This document shows, one piece after another, positions 38,966 through 53,684 of a DNA stretch of 64,000 nt. The stretch is from the NCBI GenBank assembly GCA_964658305.1, contig OZ210885.1, positions 20,646,001-20,710,000 on the forward strand, in the 5' to 3' direction. The stretch is from Leptogorgia sarmentosa. Its lineage: Eukaryota. Positions within the stretch are counted from its first letter, which is position 1; each line of letters starts with the position of its first letter. The notes below the pieces were generated by a model. The model saw only the letters and a list, made by a program, of their open reading frames with translations, did not search any database and was not told where the DNA came from. The position numbers were made by a program, and so were the translations under genes.

Positions 38966-41900
38966 TGTAAACAAGGGTTTATTTATTCGCACCTGCTTTA
39001 TGTCACAATGCTTTTTCGACTGCACACTGAAAAACCACGCTCGACCCGTTCGTTTTTACAATCCACTATATTTTAATTTTACGAAGTATTACATATTGTA
39101 CAAACATAAATTAACATAAATTACAACCAAATCTTCTCTACATTTCCCCCTCCCTGATTCTATTAGAATCTGTTGTCAAATGTATGTAAAACTAATCTGA
39201 ACGTTCCCCATACTACATTTCTGTTCCGTAGATATAACGTTTATATTATTTATTGTCTTCTAACTCCAACTGAGCGATTCGAGATATCGACCTTCGATAA
39301 GTACTGTCTCCTACCTTAACATCTACCACACACACTAATCCATCGCTCCCCGGGTACACGTCAACGATTCTTCCTATTTTCCAATCCCTTCTAGATGCTT
39401 CTGGGTCAATCACTAAAACAATATCTCCCTCCTTGAAGTTCTCTTTCTTCTCAAACCATTTACTACGTGCTCCAATACTTGTAATATATTCCCGCATCCA
39501 TCTCTTCCAAGTTTGACGTATCAATTCTTGGATTCTTCGCCACCGTTTTCGCGGATTAAAGGCAACACTGTCGACAGATTCTGGGGCCAACTCACCACCC
39601 ATATGTCCCATCAAGAAATGGTTTGGTGTGAGCACCTGCTCGTCCTTCGGGTCGTCACTCATCACTGTTAAAGGTCTTGAATTTAACAGGCTCTCGACTC
39701 CAGTGAATGTCGTCAATAGCTCTTCATCATTCACGTCGGCGTTTCCTAGTATAGCATATATAGCTCGTTTAGCAGCTTTAATCATTCTTTCAAAACCCCC
39801 ACCAAAATGAGGTGCTAGCGGTGGATTCCAATGCCACCGAATTCCGTTATTTGCGGTCATGCGTTGAATCTTATCTTGGTCCAACTGCTGAACCAACTCG
39901 CGCAATTCGTTGTTACCTCCAACAAAATTTGTTCTGTTATCACTAAGCATGTCTCTAGGCCAACCTTGTCTCGCAACCATACGCGTTAGTGCTTTTAGGA
40001 ACCCATCCGTTTCCAAAGACCATGACATTTCTAAGTGGACACAACGAGTCTGAAGGCAAACAAACAAACAAAGATATCTCTTAACTCGTGATTTTCCACG
40101 ACCTTGCATGGTGAAAAAGGGCCCCGCAAAGTCTACGGCGCAGTTCGTAAATGGTTTCATGGTAACTTCTAATCGAATGCTTGGTAACGGCGCCATTTGT
40201 TGTTGTGAAGGCTTTCCCCGAAATCTCCTTTTGCACTCATTGCATTCTCTCAAAATTCTTTTAACTGTTTCACGCGCGTGCACAATTATATATCTTTCGC
40301 GAAGATGATTCAGAGTATAATTGAGTCCCATTTGATGTCCTTCTTTCTCGTGGTGATACTTGATGATCAACTCTGTAACAGGATGCTTCTTAGGAAGAAT
40401 AACTGGGTACTTCACACTGTTAGGTACAGCTTCCGAATAACATAATCTTGTGTGGGCTCGTAACAGTCCGTCCATTAATATCGGTGTAATAAACATAAGG
40501 ATGGTACTCCCTTTCGGTAAAGTTTTGTTTTGCTTCAGCGCTTCAATCTCACCAGGATAACATTCGCTCTGTGCTTCCTGAATGATTTTTTCTTCTGTTC
40601 GACGTAGCTCGTCAGCTGTAAGCTCCCCACAAGTACGTTCTTTCTTTTTTCGCCGGCAGTTGTGGACGAACCTGTGAACCCAACAGCTTACTCGAACAAA
40701 CGAAAGACCGAATTCTAATTTGTTATCCTTATTCACCCTATACCACTTCGAATATTGTGAAGGAGCCATGCTCAGTAATTGTTGTTCTTCTTGTCGTTGC
40801 TGTGAAACTCGTAGACTGTTCATGTGTAACCCGGCTTTCTTGGTTTCGTGCTTCGACTTTCATTTCTTTGATCGTGGCTAAATTTGGCTCTGGTTGGATT
40901 TTCTTTTCGGGCCACGCACCTTTATCAGGTTTCTTTAAAAATTCCGGACCAAACCACCATTGCGGACAGCTTTTCAACTGGCTGACAGTCATTCCTCGCA
41001 AACCGAAATCAGCAGGGTTTAGCTGTGTTGGCACATACCTCCACTGATCCGGACACGTATGGTCGTGAATCTCTCCAACTCTATGAGATACGAAGGGCTT
41101 ATAATCACGACTTCGTCCGTGGATCCAGTGAAGCACGTTCATACTATCCACCCAGAAGGTTGTATCTTTCATAGGAATTTCTAACGCTAGCGAGATTTGT
41201 GTGGTTAAGCGAACTGCGATCATCGCCCCCATCAATTCCAGTCGTGGTATACTTACAGCCTTCAGCGGTGCAAACCTTGTTTTTGAGGCAACCAAGCGTG
41301 TCGTAACTGACCCGCCTTCATATTCGTGTCTCGAGTAGACGACTACGGCGTATGCTTTCTCAGATGCATCCGAAAAACTGTGTAGAGTGACGCTAGTGAC
41401 TGGACTTCTCTTCTTTAGACACCTTGGAACCTTAATCTCTCGAAGAAAGTGAAGTTCTTTGAACCAACTCTTCCATTCGTTTTTTAATTTGTCGGGCAAT
41501 TCCTCGTCCCAATCCGACGCTTCCACCCAGGCTTGTTGCAGGTAAATCTTCGCTTGTATTATAAAGGGAGAGAGTAACCCAAGTGGATCAAACAGTGACA
41601 CAGTCCTTTTCAGTACATTTCTTTTTGTGTATTGAAAATCCTCAGTGGGGGAGGAATAATCAAACAGCAACTCATCATCTCCGGCGTCCCATCGAATGCC
41701 TAAAGTTTTCGTTGTAGGCAATTCATTCTTTTCTAAACTGACATTTGACAAACGGTCTTTGACCGGAACATCTTCTAGGACTTCCTTACGATTTGACACC
41801 CATTTGCATATATGGAAACCAGCTTTGTCTCCCATCTCAGACAACTGTCGCCGTGCCTCTTTCGCCACTTCGACCGAATCCACCGAAGGCATTATATCAT

Positions 41901-44900
41901 CCATATAACAGTTATTTCCGACAGCGTCCGCGGCTAACGGGTAGGTTTCCTTGTGATCTTGAGCATAATTTTGCCAAGCATACTGCACACAGAAAGGACA
42001 GTAACATCCTCCGAAAACGAATCGGAGAAACTCATAGACTTCTGGCTCGTTCGTTGTATCTAAGTCCCTCCATAGAAATCGATGTAGTGCTTGATCGTCC
42101 GCTCGTAGAACTAGTTGATGGTACATCTGACTTATGTCACCAGCAAGCGCCACAGTTCCTTTTCTGAACTTGACTAAGATATCAAAGACGTTGCTTTGTA
42201 ACTTGGGACCACGTAGCGCTTCAGTGTTAAGACTCTTGCCTTCATAAGGTGCCGAACCATCGAAAACGATTCTTACTTTGGTACTTGCTCTCTCCGGCCG
42301 TATAAAGGGAAAATGTGGAAGAAGCCATTCCTGCTGGGGTCGTTCTTCATCCTTTGGTACTCGACGAATATACTGTTTTTCAAGATAGTCCTGTAATACT
42401 TGTTGGTAGGCCACAGCTACTTCTTTATTTTTGAACAGCTTCTTCTCCGTGGATAATAACCTTTGCTTGGCCATTGGCAGATTGTCTGGCAGGTTGGGAC
42501 GATCTTCCTTCCAAGGTACTGCCACTTCGTAGTGCTTACCATCAAATTTGAGTGACGTGCTTACCTTTTCCCACACTACTTTCTCTTCTGGTGTCATCGT
42601 CGATTCTCTTGTGGGGGTTATAGCGATAGTTTCGATGTCCCAGAAACGTTTCAGTGTATAATTCAGGTCTGAACCTTCATCTGGAACCTCTGTTGTCGTT
42701 GGTTTGTCTGCGTGGATTCGGAACGTATTACTAAACCCAACGTGATGATGCCCGACGTTGCCTCGTTGTCGTATCTTTCCGACCGCCGTCCATCCCAACG
42801 GACAAAGTCTGGCAACTGGATCGTCATCCTTCCCTACAACTTCTTTCATTGAATACATTAACTCGTAATGGTCTCCTCCTAAAAGTACATCAATCTTATT
42901 GCCTTTTGCTAACTTCGGGAATGGAATTTCCTTCATATGACTCCAATTTTGTTTTATAGTTAACCAGTTAACCGCTTTCATCCCTCCACAGATCTTTTCC
43001 GAGGTTTTTGCAACTATTTCAGTGTCTACTCGACCGTCCGTACTTTCCAAACCAATCGTAAACGTATTCGACATAAAACTAATAGTTTGGTCGTTAGCTA
43101 CTTTGACCTCGATTCTTTTTTTCACTCCGGTTAAGCCTAGTTCCTCCACAACATCTTCGTTTATATAAGTAGTGTCGCTTCCTTCGTCCAGCAGACAATT
43201 CACACGAACTTTCCGTGATCCATTCTTCAAAATAACTGGGATTGTGCGCAATGCTACTTTCTTGGTATCCTGATCTGTGCTGGTTTTCATTGTAGTCGCT
43301 CGCTTCACGCCATCCCCCTCCGTGCCAAGAGTCCGATCCTGGGAATTTTCTTCTTCCGATTGCTGTTGTTTCAAGGGAGTTTTCTCAGTGAACTTTCCAT
43401 TTTGACTGAGGCATTTGGGATTAACTTTTCTTTGCCCATGGAGTAGATGATGGTGAGTTTCTTTACAACCGTTGATATTACATTGTCGACTTCTTGCACA
43501 CGACTTTCCTAAGTGATCTTTGCCTAAACATCTATAACAAAGCCCAGCTCGCTTCGCAATCTTCCATTTCTCATCAATAGCTTGTCTTCGGAAATAGTCG
43601 CATTTCCGGATTGGATGACTTCCGGCACAGCCAGAACATGGATCGTAATCTTTCTTACTGTCGTCCTTGTTGAAAAATGATCTATGTCTTCTCTCTTTTC
43701 TTCTTTCACTGTCCAAACTGATCCCATTTTTAACCTCCGATGCTTGGATTTGATATTCTGCTTCTTCTGCTACCCAGTCTTTTAATCTTTCCAGGGAATC
43801 GTTGTAGTGGTTTTCTTCTATCCATCGGTAATACTGTGCAAGTAAACGTTCAGGAATTTTTTCCAATATAATCGCCCGTAATGTTCCGCTTTCTAAGTCT
43901 GACTCGCGACCATTTTCTCATAGAGTAATTACAGCCCGTTCCAGGATATCTGCGAACTTTTCTAATTCTTTTGAATTGTTCTCTTCAATAGGTTTTAATT
44001 TCTTCAACTCATCCAAATGAGATTGCACTTGCCTTCGACTGCCACCGTATTTGCGAACCAAACGTGCTTATTGTTTCTGCTGCTTCGCCAGTGAGACACG
44101 ACTCCAATCGTAACATTTTAAACTGTGGGGTGAGGGAGGTTAAGTCAACGCAGCTTGTAAATGCCGCATGCCATTTTTGAAAATCCATCTTATTACCTGA
44201 AAATACTGGAATCCGAATCCGTTCTAGTTGTGCTTGCGAGGTAGTTGCCGCTCTATTTCTGGTATAAATTGTGTTGTTGTTTTCTAAGATTGGTGTTTGA
44301 GCTGCTGTCTGTGGGGGCTCCACGACATCAATTATTTGCACTGCGCCTGATTGTTCGTCAGTTTGTTGATCCAAATTATTTTCCACGCTCCCCAGTTCCA
44401 TTGCACCTAATTCTTGACGTGTCTTCTCTGCCTGTTCTTCGACAGTTCGTATTTGTTTTTCTTGTTCTTCTAACAACTTTCTCTTCTTTTGAACTTCTGC
44501 TTCTTTACGCGTACGTGCTCAAAGTTCTAAATTTTTCCGTCTTTCTTCTTCACTTTGCTTTGGTTTTATCCCCTCACCCTGCATCAATTCTTCGCTATTT
44601 TTTGTCGCAACCGAACTTAATCCCCACTGTTTCTTCCCTGGCGATGTTAGAAATAAACGAGCTGAATTTGTTTCCTGTTCCACTTGATCAACCAATGCAT
44701 CCGCTTCGTCATTTACTTTTCTCGCGTTTACGTATTCTTTGCTGTGGTGATAAATCTTTTCGAGTTTACTCATAATATGCAATGTTTCGTCTTTCTGTTC
44801 GTCAATTCTCAGTAGCAATTCTTTCACCTCGCCTTGTTCCGTACATGACTCCGATATCTTTGATGCCATTGTATTTAATAACCGTGTCATACGCGATTTT

Positions 44901-45394
44901 GCACAACGTTTTTCTCCTTTTAAATCCATTATATGTTCCTCAAAACGTCTTTCGCCGACTTTTGTAGCTTGTTCGTCCTCCGTCCCGTTAATTTCCTCTT
45001 GATTCTGCTCTTCGCTGTTCGACATTGTTCGTAAAATACTTCGAACTTCAAACCCATGTTCTCGAGTTATACTGTACAATATTGTATTACCTATGTCGAT
45101 TTCCCGCACTTCCGGTATACAAAGTGAAAATGAAACCACGAATTTTCGCTCAAATTACTTCCAAAATTTCTCCAACTTGACTTAAATCCGGCTCTCAAAG
45201 GACCAAATGTAAACAAGGGTTTACTTATTCGCACCTGCTTAAACCCCGACTATGTCACAATGCTTTTTCGACTGCACACTGAAAAACCACGCTCGACTCG
45301 TTCGTTTTTACAATCCACTATATTTTAATTTTACGAAGTATTACATATTGTACAAACATAAATTAACATAAATTACAACCAAATCTTCTCTACA
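38966..45394 (-). mobile_element. BEL/Pao LTR retrotransposon
   Basis: TG..CA LTRs at 45208-45394 (5') and 38966-39142 (3'); PBS TGGTCCTTTGAGAGCCGG; PPT AGGGAGGGGGAAA. TSD not clean. Confidence 0.95.
39246..45025 (-). pseudogene. BEL/Pao gag-pol (gag, Zn knuckles, protease, RT, RNase H, integrase) with several frameshifts
   Basis: IPVFSGN, CYRCLGKDH, LLDEGSDTT, YMDD, FSDASEKAY, VDFAGP, SDNRTNF, GGGFERMI, LTPNHFL. Confidence 0.95.
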
Positions 45395-47645
45395 GCTTGC
45401 TATTTCCAATCCTCAGAAGTTATTGTATACCACAATGCAATTTTATAGAAAACTTTAGCGCGTTAAGGCCTGTTCAATTGAACAGTGAAGATATATACAT
45501 TTAAATAAGTGGTTTTATTATATTAATATGTTTTTTCAAAACTAGTCTAGTTCAGTTCATATTGGGATTTACCCGAACTGTAGGAAAACGCAATATCAAC
45601 CTCCAAGTTTTATATGCAGGCATGGAATTAGAAACCTTGCAACCCTCAATATCCATAATTCACCGTTCTCAAAACTTTTCATTTTTTGCACACACCTATC
45701 ACATGTTACCATGGGCAGGAATCGAACCAGCCGTGAGCTCCAGTCATGGTTTCTTTCTCGTGAGAACATTACAAAATCACTAAAGGCGGTAAAGATCGAG
45801 GCAACAAACGAAAAAAGGTAGGCGATATTTTTCGATTGGTTATTAAGTCATCGTGTAAAATTACAAGGCACCCACAGAAATTAGACAATATGCACAACAC
45901 AATTTCATTCATTAACAAAAAAATATTGCTTGCTTATATAATGCTTATTTTACTAAATAGGTAAGATAAGAAACCAAAATATTCTATCATTACATTATCA
46001 CTACGATCACTACATCAATGTCCACTGTATCACCAGTGATTGTCGCTCTGGTTGTCAGCATCATCATCATCTCCAACATCATCTTCTGTATCAACCTCGT
46101 TGTCTATGTATAATTAGTGTAATTAATATTTTATTGGTTTCATTATTAAACGGTAGGTAGCACAAATATCAATTATTGTGTACATCTGTCTGTGATGTAA
46201 ACATATATCATAAGTTTGCATATTTAGGTATCTTTTAGTTTATGAGATTGGAGGGTAAGTTGGGTAACAAAGGGTTATACAATACCATCAAAGTAGGCAT
46301 CTTGGTCTTTTATAGTTTAACATAATCTTAGCCAGCGAAAATAAACCCTAGGGCCAGTTTTACAAACGTGACTAAAGTTATTCACCCGATTTTTAAACGT
46401 CTTAAAATTGTTGATTTATTACAATTTTAATGTTGAAATAGTATTATTGTTATCCATCGAGTTAAACCGAGATACGGTGCTTTGTCGTCAAACCAAGTTA
46501 TCTGCTATGCATGGCAGCCTCAGGGGATAGAGAGGTGGTTATAAAGCACTAAATTGTTTCGCTCTATGTGCAATAATGTAAATAATGGGTGAACTACCCA
46601 GAATGAAATAAAGGAACTGAAAAAAATGCTAAAATTTAAAAAAAATTAAACATGTACCCTGATTTTATCAGTAATCCCGTGCCGATCGGAACCCGCATTC
46701 TGATTGGCTCGTACTTGGTGATAGCGTTGATTATTTGGTGTTTTATTTCCTTTCCTTCGCATGCCATCCTTCTCCGTTTTCAATTGAGTCTTGTCACTCG
46801 AAGAAGTTTTCATTTACAAACGTAATACAAAGGTAAGAAGCGTATATGTTTTGTTGTATTTGGTTTTAAATTATGCAGGCAATTATGTTTATATTTTTCA
46901 AATGATTTCAATAATTACGTTCAGGTTTTGTTTTTTCAATTTTACATAATGCGCCCGTTATATTATATCACTCATGGGCTATTGTTACATGACAATTGCA
47001 GTGCACTAGTATGGTTCTAATTACCTATATCAATACTAAAAAATTGTTGCACAAATATACGACAACATTGTGGTTCCTATTACCTATATCAAAAATATAA
47101 AATGAATACTGTGACACCGCAATTAGTGGCTTTTGAACTGTGGTGAGCTACAGAGACTTTTTTTATTGTAAGCTTGTCCTTTTTATTTTAACAGGAGAAG
47201 CTACCTAAATGGACAAGAAGGGGCCAGGGAAGTTGCCCACAATGTAGCTTGGAGTATTCCACTGCATGGAAACCAAAGAATTGCAAGAGATGCAAATTTG
47301 AAATTGGTGGTACTTTTGTGCCAAAGGAAAAGAGAAAAAAAACATCTCCAGATGGGGCAGTTATTGTTGCCGTATCAGCAGATGGGGTTGCCAAGATTGT
47401 ATCTGTAAAGGCTAATTACAGAGAGAACAGGGTATTTGTTGTTGTAGATGGTGATTTATCTTTATGCCATCATGAGAAGTGCAAAGAAGCACGATCTGTT
47501 TTTATGGCCAGCCCACAGTCAGCCCATTTCACTTGTGCACACATTGAATTGGCTAAAATGCTTCAGAAAATTTCCCCTACATTGTGCAGCTTTCAGATTC
47601 TTGCTATGCCATTTACATTGAACCAAACACCAGCACACCTACTGG

Positions 47646-49081
47646 CAACCTCGTTCCCAGGCTCTTGATCCTCTCGCTCCCCGCTTGAGGAAAGACCCTG
47701 GTCGGGGCTGGTCACGTGATTGATTAGCCTCAGGGGGTGAGGGGAAAGTCTCAAATTACATTTTTCCACCTGAAAACGTTGCATTTCAATAGTAAGGAGT
47801 GAGTAAGGACTTAAATGTTACGAATAATAACATTAGGAACCTGCTTTAACCCGCTTATTAACGTTTTGAATTATACAAGAAAACCATCTAACAAGAACAA
47901 ATTTCATCGATACAAGAAATCGAGCAATATGATCATGATATCATCGTGCGCTTCGTCACAAACCTCAGGCGCCGTTTCAAATTAAAAGCGTTTCCGTATT
48001 AATATTCTGTAACACGCCTTTGAATTGTTCCCATGCAGAAACCTTACAAAATTTGTGTTTATTTCCTTGTTTATTGGGACTTATCCTTAAAAACGACCCC
48101 GGGTGTTCATACACATAGCGCCTTTGGGCAAAATTCACATCTTGGCACAACTGATTGCATGCATGCCAAACATAAACATTTCACTCAATGGCCACACAAT
48201 GTGTATATATATATTGTAAGTGTTGGCATGTATACAGTACACATGTTCTTTCGAAACCATGCAAGTATATGCACAGTCATTCTTATACAAAGTAAGAATA
48301 AAATTACGTATATTATTACGATATACAAATTCAAAGAAGTGAAATATCTTTTTACGATTTTTATTGTGCCTGCGCACTGTATTTATGAAGGTAATGAAAC
48401 AAATATTTCAAATTGTATTAAACGTATATTCGAGTTTATAAAAATTATAATGTAGCTAAGTTCTACGATATGCATGGAGAGCCTTTGACTTTGCATTCTT
48501 GGATAATACAATGTTTGATATATACACTTCAAAGCAATTCTTGATCGTTAATATCCTTCATGAAAGTAAAATGGGATATTTTGTGGGTCGAGGTAGGCCA
48601 TGTTTACAAATAGTCGGACGCTACCTGATCTTCATAAATTCCACATTTACACGTACAGTAAATCCGTTGGGCTTGAGTAATGGACAGGTTGATTATATCA
48701 TAGCTTGTTTATACATTATGTGTTCAAATTCTTACGGTGAAAAGTCCATGCCAAGCGCCTTTGTTGTCTACTGAAATCTGATCCAAGTTGTCTCGTTAAA
48801 TGCAACTTAACACTCATTGTTACACAGGAAGTATTTAATAACAAATATGAATTTTTTTAGTTCTTCTATTTCTAATTTCATGTTGCAAATATTAATACTA
48901 TCGTCCGAATTCAGAACACAAGTTGCAATTAAATAAAGCCAAACCAATTCATTCCCCTACCACCTGTCCCTAAGGAAATTGTCAATTTAGCACCCAAAAT
49001 CTGGGTGCCACGTGACCAGCCCCGACCAGGGTCTTTCCTCAAGCGGGGAGCGAGAGGATCAAGAGCCTGGGAACGAGGTTG
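47646..49081. mobile_element. Non-autonomous TIR element with 9-bp TSD (AcademH- or Mutator-type)
   Basis: ACCTACTGG|CAACCTCGTTCCCAGG...CCTGGGAACGAGGTTG|ACCTACTGG; perfect TIR of about 73 bp. Confidence 0.9.
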
Positions 49082-51818
49082 ACCTACTGGTTATACACAT
49101 GTTGTCAAAAAGTCAGATGGTGTATGGCATTGCTTTTGCAAGGCTTGCAATAAAAAATCTGGAGCAACAAAGCAAGTCAAAACAAAACGTTCGTGTTTGC
49201 ATCTGCACCTGTTGTTTTGCCACCTAAACATGTCTGCAGAGCCAATCATTGCTGGACCTGGTCAACCTGTTGAGTGTCTCCAAGAAGATAATGAAATATC
49301 AACCAGTTGAGCATCAGCAATAGAACTAAATCGAAGCCGTTGTATTCCTTATCCTTTTCCTTCTTCTGGACTCCAATTCTGCCAAGCAATGCAACAGAGA
49401 TGGCCGACTATGTTTTGTCCAACTGAAACTGTGTGCAAACTTTGTGACAGCAATCTTGCTGGCCTAAGATTGCATCCTGGTCAAAATGTAAAGGATACTT
49501 CATACATCATAACACCATGCTGTATATTTCAACGAGTTGAAATTAAAGTAAAAGTTTGCTCAAATTCGAGATGCAAAGCCATGTACCAAGTTTCGCCCAT
49601 AGAACAAGGTAAGTAGAACACTGTTTCATCTAAAATCTGTTGGAGAGGGCAAATTTGAGAAGGCTGAACTCCCATAATAATAACTTTAAGGCCCTGTTAC
49701 AGGATGCAATTTTTATTGCAACTTGCATCACAGCCTTTAGCTTCAATAAAGTTTGTTTTCATTCACAAATAAATCATAGCAAAAAAATGATGACTTGCTA
49801 TAATGAAATGTAAGTACTTGGAGAAAAAACTTGAACTGACAATTTTTCAATAGTTGGTCATGCAAGCTTTTCAACAAGGATGATTTTTAGTGTGTGACCT
49901 TATGACAAATTGCTTGTATGTATATGGGACTTATTTGGAGTACAGTATTATTAATCTTCCTTGTAAACTTATTTGTAGGTTTGTTCAACATCTGCGATAA
50001 AATTTTGTTGGCTGTTGAAATTTTATTGCAATGGAGGGAACTGTTTAAAAGAGGTGTGCCCATAACTACTGCAATTGACAGTAGTATTAATGTCTGGCTT
50101 CGTATTACCCAGGTACAGTATAAATAATTTTTTAGTTTCATCTTACATCGTAAATTGTTAGTAAAACAAGTTACAGTGTTCCGATGTTAAATTCTGTTTA
50201 GTGAAGAATTTGTATATGTATTCGATGTATTGTAAATACACCGAAGTCACTAAATAATTATATCATGCTCTTGTATAGGAGTCCCTTGATGAAAATCAAA
50301 TAAAGTATCTTACCAGCTTGCTTTACAATGGTTTTTATGCCTTCGAAATGATGTCCCAGAGATCGTTAGATGACGTCATATGTGAAATTTGTGGGATTGT
50401 TTGTCAAGTGTATTTTGGAGATGGAAATGAAAAGAACTGTTGTAGTATTGATGCAGTAAGTTCATTATTAAAAAATGTTTTGTTCGGCATGTTACTTTGC
50501 TTGCAATCATTTTATACAGTAGGTAATGATCTTTATACTGTAGGTACATAGTTACACAAAAAGTCCGGAGAACTACAGGGTGTCTCAAAAAAAAGGTAAT
50601 CCAACTTTGGTATGCCATTGTGCGTTAATTACTGGGTGTACGAACGTGATTTTTGCATGGTCATAAAGATCAAGGTCTTAGCAGTTGAATGACATATTTG
50701 TTGTACGATATGGAAGAAAATCAGGCAAATGCGAGCGTGTTGAAAAATCTCGGTGAAAAACGCATTCTTTCACCTCTGAGAATTGCAGCTAAACTTATTC
50801 AAAATCAACTCCCTCTGGGACTCGAAGATGACGACCTTCCCTTCAACAATCGACCTGATTATGCATAATTATCTTGATAAAATCTTTGTTACCATGACAC
50901 ATTCATGATTGTAATATCTTGAGACAGCTACCAGACAGTTATGTGTCTATATATTTGTGTGTTGCTTCGGACTCACAGTGAGCTTTTATACATTAATTTG
51001 CATGCATTCATTTACATTAATGACAGTGATAATTAACTACACTACATCCCTCCCCAACTCAGTCATTGTTCTAACTTTTCAAGTCCGTCTTATTCATTAC
51101 ATTTTCTAATACTCTATCAATAGTAAATTTTTTTTTCCCATACTTATTTTAGGGGCCGTCGACAAATAGATTTCGTCCTTCCATCGCGGCATTGTTCCGT
51201 GATGGGGGGGAGGGGGTCAGACCCGAATCCGCGATTAAAGACAAAACGAGGACGATACCTGAATTAGTGGTTGTGAGAAGACATTGTCTTGAATTAAATA
51301 TCCAAAAGCGCCATTTGAAGACAAATACATTCAGTACAAAGCAACACTTTTAATAATTTTATAAAAATATACAGCTGTCCTTGTACTGCAGGCTCAATGA
51401 CATCTTTCATGATCGCCTGGTGTAAAATATGAAATATTTTATATCTGTCTTCGAATTCTGTATATACATCAAGGAATCTTTCAATGCAAATATCAATATT
51501 AAAGGTATATAAAAATATTAATATTTGGATATTGAACTGAATATCAACATACAGTATGCTTTAATATTGAGTGTTGTGTTGCCAATATTTATGAATGTGG
51601 CATGGACAATTCTCCATTTTGAAAATGAGGTATTCAAGCATCTACTTTATGAAGTCAACACAACACTAAAAATATAAAATATTAACATATGTTGATATCC
51701 AGTTCAATATGCAAATAGTTTAATAAAGCATTTTTCAAATTTGTTAGGGTCAGACCTAACTACAAAGGTACAAATTATTGTGGATTGACCCCACAACTGA
51801 GTATATCATCATGTGTCA

Positions 51819-53684
51819 TCAATCATTGCAGCAGAACCACAGCTGGTCAGAAACCACATTGTTTTCCCAGGATTTGTTCACACAATAAATGTGGAACCAT
51901 TTTTTGCAATTTTCTCTGTCGCACTGTACCCAGTCATCAACATCCCCATCATTTTCCTGTACATCCTCCCTCATGCCTAGAGTATTAAATGATGTATATA
52001 ATGATCAAGAAAAAAATACACATCAGGAACATTTCAGTCATGATAAATTCGTTATGGAATGAAAATGGATTACAGATAAAGGTTAGTGTTTTCTTATTAT
52101 GCAGAAAACTATCATGATATTTAACATAACAAATACATCATTGAACAAACCCAAAAGTATCTTACACAAATGGCAGATGTCTTCCTCCTGGTCCTCTTCA
52201 TTGGTATCAGCTTCAGCTTCCTTCCCATTGTGTGCCACAGAAAGTATGTCATCAAGCCTTAACTGCTTTGGCTCAGTTGGTGCAACCTTTGACGATGATC
52301 TTGACTTTCTCTTCCGCTGTAAATGGTTTGCTTGAGTTTTATGGGCATTCAATTTATTCTTTGAGGGGAAGACAAGACCACACCTCCTGCTTTCTTTTCC
52401 TGACTTGCATATGAAGTAACATGTGTGCGTGTTCCATACTGGATTTGAATCACCTAATAATATACATATGTATATGGTAGATCATTATAGGTAGATTTAT
52501 AGTTACTTATTCAACATTATAGGGGTGGCATGTTATGTTCATTTTCTGTGTGATAGTTATTGTGTTTGTAAATACCTTTCTTCCCATGATGAAGTACTGT
52601 CATGTGCCGAGTCTTTTCAGCTTCAGACATGAAGAGATAGGATGGGCAATAGGGACATTTGCCTATGGCTAGTGAGTTTGGCATATTTTCATCACCTATT
52701 GAAAATATAATGTACATTAATTAAAGTCACAAATCAGAAATTATGTATAGCAAAATAGCTGATAGCATTTAGGATAATAGTTTAAGACTATGGAATATTA
52801 TTGAATATAAGTCTAAATATCATATTATAATATAGAGTATTGAACTGCACACCTTTGTATATAAAACATATTCCTAGTGGATCTACTTAAACCTGTTGTA
52901 AGTTCTTCTTTATCCAACTCTAATACTTCTAAAAAAGTCATATAATGACCTTGATGTGTTGTACTGGGAATTGGATTGAACCACTTAAACTGTCGTTGCT
53001 TGAGAAAGTTCCAGAACTTTCTTGCTTGGATTGGCCGCTTGGTGCAATGTGAGCAAGATGGATCTATACACTTAGCAAACACAATTTCGTTAGATTTCCG
53101 ATCGATATGATTCACCATAAATCTGAATTCAGACACAACTTCCTTGTACCCACGGAGTTGTGCCACTGGACCTGCGATAATCTGAAAAACAAAATTGAAA
53201 TGAATTAGGTTTTTAAAAACCTACACGGATTTTATTTCTGATAAATCGTACCATTACATGCCGCAATACGCACCTGGTGGACATGACCGTAATCATCATA
53301 CGGACTTTCCTTCACTAAGCATTTTTTGACAAGTGTGGTCACCTCACTGTCGTTGAACATAGCGTTCTTCCAGTACACATCTCTAACAAGCATCATTGCA
53401 TTGTCAAACACGGCTGCTTCTTTCGTGCGCAATTCAGCTTCGTCCAGTTTACTCTGGAGGTACGGTGGATCTTCTTCCCCTTCGAGCACAGATGCCAGAA
53501 TTACTGAGGATAGTTTTTTTGCTCATTGGACTCCACAAATGCTCAATTTGATTATAGGCTGAGTACTTTGCTGCATAACTGACAATACCAAGGATGTCCA
53601 GCCCAGAATCTCTCCACAACCGGCAAAAATAGAGCGAATTGACCACGGATCGAATATTCCAGTCGCTTCCATTGTCAACCTTAA
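51819..53684 (-). pseudogene. Zator D transposase C-half: DD43E core, C2H2-like fingers, PHD finger
   Basis: KVDNGSDW..YSAYNQIEHLWSPMS (43-aa spacing); CPYC..H..H; ICHLC followed by exon 51976-51819 (DWVQCDRENCKKWFHIYCV..WFCC). Confidence 0.78.

Larger units (their letters stand above)
23381..39922. repeat. Direct tandem duplication, unit 8,270 bp
   Basis: 23381-31652 matches 31651-39922; every ORF recurs at +8270; I noticed one substitution (30158 T vs 38428 G). Confidence 0.97.

Noticed and set aside
38961..45399. Clean BEL target-site duplication
   Set aside because: Flanks CAGCG and GCTTG do not match; GCGTG/GCTTG would need a lost TG and a mismatch.
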